The notes beneath the pieces are model-generated. The model saw nothing but the letters and a program-made list of their open reading frames with translations. It had not been told where the DNA came from and ran no database searches. From assembly GCF_006345805.1 (NCBI RefSeq), contig NW_021827526.1, positions 1-38,545 of the forward strand: DNA of 38,545 bases. The letters are read 5' to 3'. The position numbers and the translations under genes are program-made. The number at the start of each line of letters is the position of its first letter. Position 1 is the stretch's first letter. Of this stretch, positions 1-10,444 are shown one piece after another. This stretch comes from Octopus sinensis. Taxonomy: Eukaryota.

Positions 1-140
1 AGACATAGATAGAACTATAGAGAAAGACTGGGGGAGATTTGTCCCCTGTTGACAAGGAAGGACACAGGGGATGGTTCAACTTTACAATGGCTGTTTCTTC
101 TAACATTTAAAATGCATAAAAAGTAGGAAATATAAGAGAC

Positions 141-190
141 TGAAGAAGAAGAAGAAGAAGAAGAAGAAGAAGATGATGATGATGATGATA

Positions 191-230
<40 letters not shown>

Positions 231-510
231 CGACGACGACGATGACGATGACGATGACGATGATGAAGATGAAGATGAAGATGATGATGATGAAGAGGAC
301 AAGAAGGAAGAGGATAATGATGACGAGAACAACTGCAACAAGAATGATGATGTTGATGGTGGTGGTGGTGGTGGAGGTGGTGAGGAGAAAAAAAAGGAGA
401 AAAATGGAGGAGGGAGGAGGAAAAGAAGAGTAATAGGAGGAGAAGGATGAAGGTGACGATAACGACGACGACGACCACGATGATGATGATGATGATGAGT
501 AGGAGGAGGA
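141..510. repeat. Compound trinucleotide microsatellite (GAA)n/(GAT)n/(GAC)n/(GGT)n
   Basis: Direct reading; explains the poly-S/H/M ORFs at 15-533. Confidence 0.95.
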
Positions 511-794
511 GAATCAGGGTCTACATTGTACATATTTTCTTTTTTTCTGTTTTTTTTTCTTTTGTTTTTTTCTCATAAAGTTTGAGCAATGGGGATTTGG
601 TTGTTATTTCCAGCAGGGTCGATGCTGCCTCATTGAAACACATAGCCATTTGTTAGATACAAAGTTAACTTTATTTCTGTGCTTTTGAGAAACTCCTTAA
701 ATATTCAGCTTTGGTAAAGGGCAGAGGATCAGATCGAAAGTATTTGGGCAGTTTAATAAAAGCAAGCTTTTGTTACTTTTTTTTATTTGTTTTA

Positions 795-1184
795 CTAGCA
801 GTATCGCCCGACGTTGCTCGGGTTTCTTTCGACCCTTTAGATTTGGAATTTTTAAAAAGTAAAAATTTTGCATTATGTAGCTTGTTATTCTCTTTAAGTG
901 AACATTTTTCTGGTTGAAATACACCGAAAAATTGCGACACAGCAGTCAAAAAATCGTAAAAATAGGGATTTTCATAGAAAAAAGCACCTTTTTGATGTAA
1001 ATATTTTTGGTGTTTAACATGGTCCGATTTGAATTGTTTCTTCTACGGAAGGAAGAGCAAGCCTTTTTCTATCATAGTCTCAATTTTGGTCAACTTGCAT
1101 CGCAGGGTCTCGGAGGAGATAGTGTTAGTTGAAGGCTACCAAACCTGCCATACACAGACAACTTCAGCTTTATAGAGAGAGAGA
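795..1184 (-). mobile_element. Non-autonomous Helitron (~390 bp)
   Basis: Minus strand reads A|TC...CTAG|T with no TSD. Subterminal hairpin CCCGA-6nt-TCGGG (807-822) lies just before the CTAG end. The 5' end reads TCTCTC..TATAAAGCTGAAG. Confidence 0.85.
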
Positions 1185-1685
1185 TTTGTTACAGATATGG
1201 GACTGCGGTCATGCTGGCGCACTGACTTGAAGGGTTTTTTCATCGAACAAATCAACCATAACACTTTTTTCTTTTGAAGTCAGGTGTTTATCCTATTGGT
1301 CCCTTCTTATTGAAACGCTATGTTCGGTAATGTAAACAAACCAACACCGGCAATCAAGCGGTGAGGGAGACGTGACAAACACCGAAACAAAATCACACAC
1401 TTATACGATGGATTTCCACATGGTTTCTGTCCACCAGATTCGCTCGCAAGGGTATCTGTCGGTCCCTGAAGGTGGCTTAGTGGTTAGGAGCATTCGCGTC
1501 ACGATCGTAAGGTCGAGGGTTCGATTCCTGACGGGGCGATGTGTCCTTGAGCAAAACAGTTTATTTCTTGTTGCTGCAGTCTACTAAACTAGCAAAAATG
1601 ACCGGTACCTGTAATTCAAAGGGGGCCTCACTTGTCACATTCTGTGTTACAATGAATCTCGTTGAGAACTACATTAAGGGTAAGC

Positions 1686-1725
<40 letters not shown>

Positions 1726-2070
1726 GCGTGTGCGTGCGTGTGTGTGTGTGTGCGTGTGTGTGCGCGTGCGTTTGTGTGTGCGCGCGTGTGTGTGCGTGTG
1801 TGTGTGTGTGTGTGCTCAGCACAATTAAGTCGATTACATTGACCCCAGTGTGTAACTGGTACTTATTTAATCGACCCCAAAATGATGAAAGGCTGTTCTG
1901 TTGATCGGATCAACTGGAATCCTCTCGTAGGCGTAACCGACGGAGTGCTAGTATTTGATGGTCTAGGGTTATAGCCGTAGGCCCTTGAAAAAGTGCCACA
2001 CAGTGGGACTGAAACCGATATAACTTAGTTACGAAGTGAGATTCTTAACCACACAAACATATCTACACCA
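1185..2070 (-). mobile_element. Degenerate family A SINE, interrupted by the family B-type SINE at ~1468-1950
   Basis: Diverged match to the family A copies (gactgcggtcatgctgg...aaacaaaccaacaccgg; gtgccacacagtgggactgaa at ~1993-2012). Confidence 0.65.
1468..1950 (+). mobile_element. tRNA-derived SINE with CORE-like middle and the tail shared with 18934-19311; internal (GT)n
   Basis: A box TGGCTTAGTGG, B box GGTTCGATTCC, CORE-like GTGTCCTTGAGCAA. Tail GTACCTGTAATTCAAAGGG...GTGCTCAGC...GATCGGATCAACTGGAA...GACGGAGTGC. Confidence 0.8.
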
Positions 2071-2111
2071 ATGACCAAGGTATTTAATTATACCTCACTA
2101 AATGATGATTT

Positions 2112-2431
2112 TTGTGGAGGCGCAATGGCCCAGTGGTTAGGGCAGCGGATTCGCGGTCGGAGGATCGCGGTTTCGATTCCCAGACCGGGCGTTGTGTGTG
2201 TTTATTGAGCGAAAACACCCAAAGCTCCACGACGCCCCGGCAGGGGGTGGGGGGTGGGTGAACCCTGTTGTACTCTTTCGCCCCAACTTTCTCTCACTCT
2301 TTCTTCCTGAGTAACGCTGCGATGGACTGGCATCCCGTCCAGCTGGGGAGGGGGGGACACATACGCCACAGAAACCGGGAAACCGGGCCCATGAGCCTGG
2401 CTAGGCTCAAAAAGGGCGCATAAATACATAA
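2112..2431 (+). mobile_element. Family B tRNA-derived SINE with V-domain-like tail
   Basis: A box TGGCCCAGTGG, B box GTTTCGATTCC; CTGCGATGGACTGGCATCCCGTCCAG motif; ~13 bp TSD TAAAYGATGATTT (2099-2111 / 2432-2444). Confidence 0.88.
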
Positions 2432-2494
2432 TAAACGATGATTTGTATCAGCCGAGTGTTGCTCTAGCCTCATTTTATCCAGCTACTACCCCAG

Positions 2495-2869
2495 CAAATC
2501 GACCCCAGGAATTATTCTTTCTAAGCCAAGTATTTATCCTATCGGTCTCTTTTACCGAACCGCTAGTTGACGAGGACGTAAACACACCAGCATCGATTGT
2601 CAAGCGATGGTGCGAGGACAAACACAGACTCTCTCTCTCTCTCTCCTCACACACACACACACACACACACCCACACACACACACTCACACACACACACAC
2701 ATATAGAACGGGCTTCTTTCAATTTCCGTCTACCAAATCCACTCACAAGGCTTTGGTCGGCCCGAGCCTATAGTAGAAGACACTAGCCCAAAGTGCCACG
2801 CAGTGGGTCTGAACCCGGAACAATGTGGTTGGCAAGCAAGCTACTTACCACGCAGTCACACCTGCACCT
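2495..2869 (-). mobile_element. Family A tRNA-derived CORE-type SINE with internal (CA)n
   Basis: Near-identical to the copies at 11914, 12586, 26307, 30322 and 31748; A/B boxes at the 2869 end. Confidence 0.9.
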
Positions 2870-2928
2870 ATACATGCAGAAAAATAGAAATGCTTGATCT
2901 TGCTCCAAAACATGTCATTATTATTATT

Positions 2929-3478
2929 GAGTGAGAGAGCAGTGCATGCCATCAAAGTGACACTGGGGTAAAATATACGAAGCCCAATATACCCATCATG
3001 ACCACCCGTCTGATAAAGGTACACCAGGCACATGCATCACAACCATATGTGCGCGACATGGTGACCTCACATCAAGATAAACAGCGCATGACCTTGCAGG
3101 TGGGGCTCAGTTAGAATTTTCTTCTGGTCGAGTAACCCATCCCGCACAAAAGGTCCCTGAAGGAGGGTTGTTTAAAGATGTTGAACGAACCACCTTGTTT
3201 CAAAGGTGAATTATCAAGCCTCCAGAATTCTTTCAACATGGCTATGATGCTCCCCCACTACTTCTGCTCGTGATCAGAGATGCACATATCGTCAGCCACT
3301 AAGGGACATGCTCAACTGGTTAAAGTCAAACAACTGACAAGCAAATCTGTGGTATTGAGCAGAATATTTGCTGTAGCCCATCTTTTATACCAAAACAAAA
3401 TAATGTACATGATAACACTTCCAATCAGTTAAGATCAGAAGCCATGAAGAGCCATTGTCTGGTACTGCATCAGGGCAT
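2929..3478. mobile_element. ~550 bp complex non-coding element embedded in (TTA/TAA)n, probably a non-autonomous retroelement
   Basis: High-complexity block with sharp boundaries and (TTA)n on both sides; no ORF; several hairpins. Family assignment is uncertain. Confidence 0.55.
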
Positions 3479-3534
3479 TTATTATTATTGTTGTTGTTGT
3501 TGTTGTTATCATTATTAGAATTATTATTATTATC

Positions 3535-3712
3535 AAGGCAGTGAGATGGCAGAGTCGTTAGCACGCTGGATGAAATGCTTAGCGGTATTTCACCCATCGC
3601 TACATTTTGAGTTCAAATTCCGCCGAGGTCGACTTTGCCTTTCATACTTTCAGTGGCGATTGAATAAGTCCTGAGGTCCATGTAATCGAATACCCCACCC
3701 AATCCCCCAAGA
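3535..3712 (+). mobile_element. Family C tRNA-derived SINE (partial)
   Basis: AAGGCAGTGAGATGGCAGA head, B box GAGTTCAAATTCC, GTCGACTTTGCCTTTCAT; matches 23507. Confidence 0.85.
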
Positions 3713-3908
3713 CGCTCGCTTTGCAGCCGCGTGGTTTTGGGTTCAGTCCCACTGCGTTGCTTGTGCAAGTGTTTCTACTGCAGAATCGAATCGTGCAAGG
3801 CCTTGTCAGTGAATCTCGTAAACAGAAACTATGTGGAAGCCCATTGTATATATATACATATATATATGTATATAAATATCTGTTGTGTGTGTATATATAT
3901 ATATATAT

Positions 3909-3944
<36 letters not shown>

Positions 3945-3949
<5 letters not shown>

Positions 3950-4110
3950 TAATCCAAACAAGAAAGCACAAAAAACACAACAACGCGAGGACGTGGAACA
4001 AATATAGTATTGGACGCTCAGGAAGAAGGAAAGAGGATGGTTTAACGTTTCGAGCGGATCTCTTCGTCGGAAACATAGGAGAAGGAAAGTTCCATAGAGA
4101 AAACAGAGGA
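3945..4110 (-). mobile_element. Short Penelope-like (pLTR-type) fragment in (TA)n carrying a hammerhead motif
   Basis: An inverted partial second copy lies at ~36642-36732; the fragment contains a minimal hammerhead at 4040-4074. Confidence 0.65.
4040..4074 (-). ncRNA. Minimal type I hammerhead ribozyme motif (variant core)
   Basis: GUUU-CCGACGA-A-GAG(auccg)CUC-GAAAC-GUU|AAAC: stem I GUUU/AAAC, stem II GAG/CUC, palindromic ACGU in place of stem III. Confidence 0.65.
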
Positions 4111-4620
4111 ATAATATAAAATAGATATGGATAGATAAATAGATAATACAACCTTGTGTGTATATATATATATTATATATATATATAATATATATATATA
4201 TTATATATATAATACATATGTATATATATATATATATTATATATATACACATATGTATAATATATACATATATATTCATATATACACACGTGAATACATA
4301 TATGTATACACACATACATGCATAAACACACAGCCATATACGTGTGTATCTGTGTGAGAGAGAGAAAGAGTGTGTATATGTATACCTATGTGTGTGTTTG
4401 TGTACTTGTCTTTGTCTTTAGTCCCCACTACCGCTTGACAACCGATGATGGTTTGCTTACGTCCCCGTAACAGAGAGATTTGGCATAAGTGACTGATGGA
4501 ATAAATACCAGACTTAAAAGAACAGGAAGAACTTGGGTAGATCTATTCGACTAAAAACCTTCAATGCGATGCCCCAGCTTGGTCGCAATCCAGTAACTGA
4601 ACCACCGGAAAAGAAGATTA

Positions 4621-4891
4621 CTGTATTTGTCGGTGTATAAGACATCTCGTATAAGACGTCTCGCATAAGACGAAGCCAAAGATTTTTGTGGAAAAAAACG
4701 AATATTTTGGGGGGGAAAAAAACGTATATTTTGTGGGAAAAAAACAAATTTGATATTATATCATTTATTCATAAATTCGGTATGTCATCCTTAATAAGGT
4801 TGCATTCGGCGCGTGGGTTCCTTTTTCATTTTTTTTTTTTTTGCTACATTAAATAATAAAAAACGCATGTCTTAAATACTGGCTTATACGG
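4621..4891. mobile_element. Tc1/mariner (pogo-like) MITE
   Basis: Diverged ~23 bp TIRs CTGTATTTGTCGGTGTATAAGAC / GTCTTAAATACTGGCTTATACGG; TA on both sides; subterminal TAAGAC direct repeats. Confidence 0.7.
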
Positions 4892-6174
4892 TAAAAGATA
4901 GGCTATTCTCAAAGAACTAATCCAACAGCATAACAAATAAGAGACACAATTCTCTCAGACAACTCCCGCAACGCTACGGTAAAAATTCCCTTAAAAACGT
5001 GAAAGCAGTTTTGATCATAAATATATACCATAAATATATACAAACGCGTTTATTCATTATTTACATGAATTGAAAAACACAAACATAAACAGAAATAAAT
5101 ACATACAAACATCAATAGCCAAATACACACGTCTATGTTTTTTTCTAGCAAATTACACATCTGCTCCTGCGTAAAAATCTTTAATTGGTGTTTGTATTTG
5201 TCTTTATAGCCAACCATTCATCCTCCAAAATATACACACACATAAGGATATACACACATACACATACACACACATATGCGTATACATCAATGTGTAATAT
5301 TCTCCTTTTTCTGTCTGTGTGTTTGTCATTATGTTTTCTACACTCCACCCAAGAAATTTAACGATTTAACCTGATGCCAGCAGCCATTACAATTTTTACA
5401 AAATAACTCTAATCGTGCTTCTCCATAACTAATAAACCAAGTAAAACAACTGGTTGCCCGGGGTTTCTTTTATTTTTTTCTTCCCTTTTTTGTTTCCTAT
5501 GCTTGCAGTTGTCGTTGTTGTTAACGTAGTCGCTGCTGTTGTTTTTAATGGCGGGGGTGTTCGGTGGTGCGGTGGTGCGGTGGTACGGTGAGGGTTATTC
5601 TGAAGAAATGGTGTCATATTCCGAAGTTATGAAAGAGTGGTGTAGAAAGGTTTTGTAGTGAATATTTGATCTAAGAAAGCATTTCCTTAGAAAATGCAAC
5701 ATTTCCGTTCGAGAAAACGGATGGTTGATGTCTTTATTTTATTTTATTATATTTCATTTTGCTAATGATGGTGATGGCAGCGGAGTAGAGAGAGGAGGAG
5801 GAGGGGGAGAAGAAGAAGTAGAAGAAGTATATGAATGAAAATGAAGGAGGTGGAGGAGGTAATGTAATGAATGAGGTGCGGGGGCGGTTCTTTGTGGCGA
5901 ATGTGTCTGGCTTACGTAAAATGTCTTTTTTGTTTCAGGTGAGATATCGTCTGATCGCTTCATTCGTCTTCTCTAAGACATTCCGTTCGTGGTGACGAGC
6001 GAAAAGAGAGAGAAAGAAAGGGTGAAAAGGAAGAAAGAAAGAGTTGGAAGGAGAGAGAGGGAGAAAGAGGCACAAATCTGTCAGCGAAGCAGACGACCCA
6101 GATGATGACATAAATTGCATGTTTCTTGAATCTTTCAATCGATTTAATCATCATTTCCTCATTGAATATTCCTT

Positions 6175-6842
6175 AAGGCGGTGAGCTGGCAGAAACGTTA
6201 GCACGCCGGGCGAAATGCTTAGCAGTATTTCTTTTGCCGCTACGTTCTGAGTTCAAATTCCACCGAGGCCGACATTGTTTTTCATCCTTTCGGGATCGAT
6301 TAAATAGGTACCAGTTACGCACTGAGGTCGATATAATCGACATAATACATTTGTCTGCCCTTATTTGTCCCCTCTGTGTTTAGTCCCTTATGGGTAGTAA
6401 AGAAATAGGTATTTATAAGGAGGCGAGCTGGCAGAAACGTTAGCACGCCGGGCGAAATGCTTAGCGGCATTTCATCTGCCGCTACGTTCTGCAAATTCCG
6501 CCGAGGTCGACTTTGCCTTTCATCCTTTCGGGGTCGATAAATTAAGTACCAATTACGCACTGGGCTCGATGTAATCGACTTAATATCTTTGTCTGTCCTT
6601 GTTTGTCCCCTCTATGTTTAGCCCCTTTTGGGCAATAAAGAAATAAGAAACGTTAGCACGCTGGGCGAAATGCTTAGCGGTATTTCGCCTATTTTTACGT
6701 CCTGAGTTCAAATTCCGCCGAGGTCGACTTTGCCTTTCATCCTTCCGGTGTCGATAAATTAAGTACCAGTTGCGTACTGGGAACGATCTAATCGACTGGC
6801 CCCCTCCCCAAAAATTTCGGGCCTTGTGCCTAGAGTAGAAAA
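6175..6842 (+). mobile_element. Family C SINE trimer flanked by one TSD
   Basis: Three units (6175, 6421, ~6648); perfect 11 bp TSD GAATATTCCTT at 6164-6174 and 6843-6853. Confidence 0.9.
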
Positions 6843-6949
6843 GAATATTCCTTTAGATACACACACACACAAATGGACACGTATGTATTTATATGCATGT
6901 AAATATATGTATGTAGGTAGGGCTGTAGAGAAGTTGGGAAGGAGGGAGG

Positions 6950-7119
6950 TAAATATGGCTGTGTGGTAAGAAGCTTGCTTCCCGACCACAAGGTTTCCTG
7001 TTCAGTCCCACTGCGTGGCACCTTGGGCAAGTGTGTTCTACTACAGAGTCGGGCTGACTAACCTTGTGATTGGATTTGGTAGACAGAAACTGAAAGAAAC
7101 CCGTCGTATATATATATAT

Positions 7120-7153
<34 letters not shown>

Positions 7154-7163
7154 ATATATTATG

Positions 7164-7197
<34 letters not shown>

Positions 7198-7330
7198 TGT
7201 ATGTATGTATGTATTACGGTATGCATGGGTGACTCTGATCTTCCATAAACAACCTTGCCCGGCTTTTGCCTGGGAGGGTAACTTTTAGGTGCAATCCCAT
7301 GGTCTGTCGTGAACCGAAGGGGGTCTCAGA
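6950..7330 (+). mobile_element. Family A SINE head with an alternative 3' tail
   Basis: TGGCTGTGTGG / TGTTCAGTCCC / ACCTTGGGCAAG head, then microsatellite, then a non-family-A tail (TGCCTGGGAGGGTAAC...CCGAAGGGGGTCT). Confidence 0.65.
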
Positions 7331-7759
7331 TATATATATATTTATATATATATATATCTTATATTATATATATATATATATCTATATATAATGTATGTAT
7401 GTAATGTATAATGTATGTTGTGTTATATATATATATATGTTATATATATATTGTATATATATTGTGTGTGTGTGTGTATGTATTTTGATTTGACTCCCTA
7501 GCTCTCGATTTCACATTTTCCCTTTATATTTCTTTATATATAACTACATTGCGTAGTTAGAATTATGACTCGCCTTAATCCGTATGGCTCTTTCTAACTT
7601 CGCCTTTTGATATGTAATAAAAGTTTTATGATTCGTCTTTATTTACGTACTTGGTTTGACTACGCGAACATCTATATATTTCTAGCGACCCCATTGTTAT
7701 TTACATGCACAAAATACTTATAGTAAACCGGGTTTCCAACAAGTTACATTGCTGCTTTT

Positions 7760-8062
7760 GTGGAGGCACATGGCCTAGTGGTTAAAGCAACAGACTCGCG
7801 GTTGAGGGATCGCGGGTTCGAATCTCAGACCGGGTGATGTGTGTGTTTATGAGCGAAAACACCTAAGCTCCACGCGGCTCCGGAAGAAGGTAATGGTGAA
7901 CTTCTGCTGACTCTTTCGCCACAACTTTCTCTCACTCTTTCCTCCTGCATCTTGCAGCTCACCTGCGACGGACCGGCGTCCCGTCCAGGTGGGGGGAACC
8001 TATACTCGAAGGAAACCGGGAAATCGGCCCTTATGAGCCAGGGATGACTCGAGAAGGAAGGA
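7760..8062 (+). mobile_element. Family B SINE with V-domain-like tail
   Basis: A box TGGCCTAGTGG, B box GGTTCGAATCT; CCTGCGACGGACCGGCGTCCCGTCCAGG; perfect 14 bp TSD ACATTGCTGCTTTT (7746-7759 / 8063-8076). Confidence 0.92.
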
Positions 8063-8940
8063 ACATTGCTGCTTTTACACTGCAGAAGACTATTTCGTTT
8101 GCAGTTCCCTCTGTTCAATATATTTTCTTTGATCTTGCCTCTATATGCCACCTTCTACGATCCTTACCTTTACTGCCCTTCTTTTGAAGGTTAAACTTCC
8201 CAGACTAACCGATGGCCCTCGCATTTGTCCATCATTTTCTCTTATTTGTCTTTTCCTTACAGTAACATCTTTTCCTTTTTTTCTCTTTGCTAATTCTACT
8301 CTTGACTTCACACTCATTCTATCCTTTTCCTTGCAGCTCCCCTTCCAATCATAACTGTTTCATGATTTCATTAATGTTCTGATTAAATAAAAATTTATCA
8401 TGTTTAGCTGATAAATGCAGCTTATTGCATTTGTCATCCATAATTCTATGGAAAGCGTTTGACAATTCCCGCTTGAAGTTACCTACACATCAAACTTGAA
8501 GCGAGTTGATTACAATTTTTGCTTATTTGGTGCGCACCATATTTCCTTATTATTTACTCCTTTTTGCATAATATAATTTTATGAGCCAACCATTCACAGC
8601 ATGTTTGAAACAGCTGTAAAGATCTACCTCCAACCTGTAATATGTATAGTTATTATAGGATTAATTATTTGTCCATCTTTTAACTTTATTACTCGCTCGA
8701 GCTCTGGATTCGTGTTGCCAACTTTTGCTTCGTAAGAGTTAGAGAAGTTGATCAGATCGAGAACCAATTCGAAACTAATCTATTACACAGTTGCACTAGC
8801 AACTTCTATAAATACATTTACGCATGTATGATATATAATATATATATATACATGCATACATACATGCATACACACACATACACACACACACATACACTTA
8901 CACACACACACACACACAAACACACATATATATATATATA

Positions 8941-9083
8941 CTTTATTTAAAGCAGCAGAAAATTCAACAAAACTTGTTACTCTGAGTTTCACGTTCCCAT
9001 TCGTCGGACAGTTTATTACTCTACACCACTGGTATTTGAGTACTCTTTTTCCACCTTGTTTCACATTTATGTGTTTACTCCGG
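8941..9083 (-). mobile_element. Short Penelope-like fragment in (TA)n carrying a hammerhead motif
   Basis: Complex 143 bp block between two (TA)n tracts; hammerhead at 8970-9014. Confidence 0.6.
8970..9014 (-). ncRNA. Minimal type I hammerhead ribozyme motif (variant core)
   Basis: AAACUGU-CCGACGA-AUG(ggaa)CGU-GAA-ACUC-A-GAGU-A|ACAAGUUU; GUA cleavage triplet; stem I has one bulge. Confidence 0.6.
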
Positions 9084-9084
9084 T

Positions 9085-9123
<39 letters not shown>

Positions 9124-9382
9124 CATATATATATATCGTTGCATTTATGTTAAACTGTCGGTATGTCCAGATTTGGCTAAATTGCTTATTTTTCATATTT
9201 ATTTTGCTTGCAATAGCCGTTCGTTTGGTCAACTATCGTATCTCCAGCTGCTTCAGATGCCAGGAATGGTGAAACTTTTTTCCGTTTTTGATAAAGCAAC
9301 GTTTAGGACTTGCGACACTTTTGCATAATAGCGACGATCTATCTATCTATCTATATAAATAGATAAATAGATATATAGATAG

Positions 9383-9469
9383 ATACATACATACATACAT
9401 ACATACATACATACATACATACATAGACATACATACATATATACATACATACATACATACATACATACA

Positions 9470-9498
<29 letters not shown>
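9383..9498. repeat. (TACA)n microsatellite
   Basis: Direct reading. Confidence 0.95.
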
Positions 9499-9503
<5 letters not shown>

Positions 9504-9569
9504 CACACCACACACATAGCTATTAACAACGGAAGCAGCTTTTTTATTAAGTTGGATGTATAAATTAAG

Positions 9570-9600
<31 letters not shown>

Positions 9601-10018
9601 CGTATGTATGTATATATGTGTATGTTGTACGTGAGTATATATATAATGTATTCGTCCGGCGCAGTTTAAAACTTAAGTTGCGTGACAAATAGCCAGAATT
9701 CAGAACTCTCTGTGTATTTCCTTTCCTGTATTGTAACTGTATCTTTTGTTATGAACCCCGGGTTTGAGTGTTACACAGACTATATGTAGAAAACAAAACA
9801 TGAGAGCTTGTTCATAAGATATTTAGTTACAGCATCTTACGTGCATTTCATTAACATAGGGTCATTATGAGTTACATAATATAACATAATATAAATTACA
9901 TTGTCAAGGTTTATTGTCAAATCATCAGAAATGTGTAGCTTTTTATACCTAACATTATTTGATTGAAATTCACCCTCGTAGACGTGTGTGTGAGAAAGAG
10001 GGGAAGAGAGTGTGGGTA

Positions 10019-10049
<31 letters not shown>

Positions 10050-10285
10050 TGTGTGTGGTATATAGTGTGTTTGTTTACAAAATCTTTGTTTTGTTTAATC
10101 TAACGTCATTAGACTACAGTTTATAACGCTTATGCTGCAGAATTTAAAGAAATGTAAATACATCTTGTTATTTTGTTCATAGATCGCTGTCTACTTTTGA
10201 GAGGTCAATCACCCTCACCCTTCTTCTAACCGATAGAACATCAATGTAATTGCTATATAAATCAGCCACAAGCAAGCACATTACT

Positions 10286-10444
10286 GCGTCCCTAAAGTCC
10301 ATCCCCTCCTCACCGTGGTGGGGACGCTGGCAACGGGTAGTGTCAGAGCTATGCCGTCGGGAACTTCGGTTCCTGGTAGGGCCACCCAAGGCGGATTGGT
10401 CTGACACCGAGTGGTATTAGGGCCACAACCCGGCAGACGGGGCT
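10286..10444 (+). ncRNA. HDV-like self-cleaving ribozyme fold
   Basis: P1 GCGUCCC/GGGACGC; L3 UCACCGU; P1.1 CA/UG; GCAAC junction; P4 base CGGGU/ACCCG; J4/2 G-C10434-AGA. P2 and P3 are imperfect in this copy. Confidence 0.72.

Larger units (their letters stand above)
3716..4616 (+). mobile_element. Degenerate family A SINE whose central microsatellite hosts the insert at 3945-4110
   Basis: GGTTCAGTCCCACTGCGT head (3740-3760) and CCGCTTGACAACCGATG...CAGTAACTGAA tail (4430-4605). Confidence 0.7.

Noticed and set aside
2112-2190. tRNA genes at the SINE heads (also 1468, 7760, 19240, 30322)
   Set aside because: A/B boxes are present, but each continues into a SINE body, mostly with TSDs, and I could not fold a complete cloverleaf.
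3270-3300. CUGACGA on the minus strand as a hammerhead core
   Set aside because: No GAAA box or stem II at a suitable distance.
7480-8420. Possible decayed TE coding sequence flanking the SINE at 7760
   Set aside because: Purine-rich minus-strand frames have stops and no recognisable motif.
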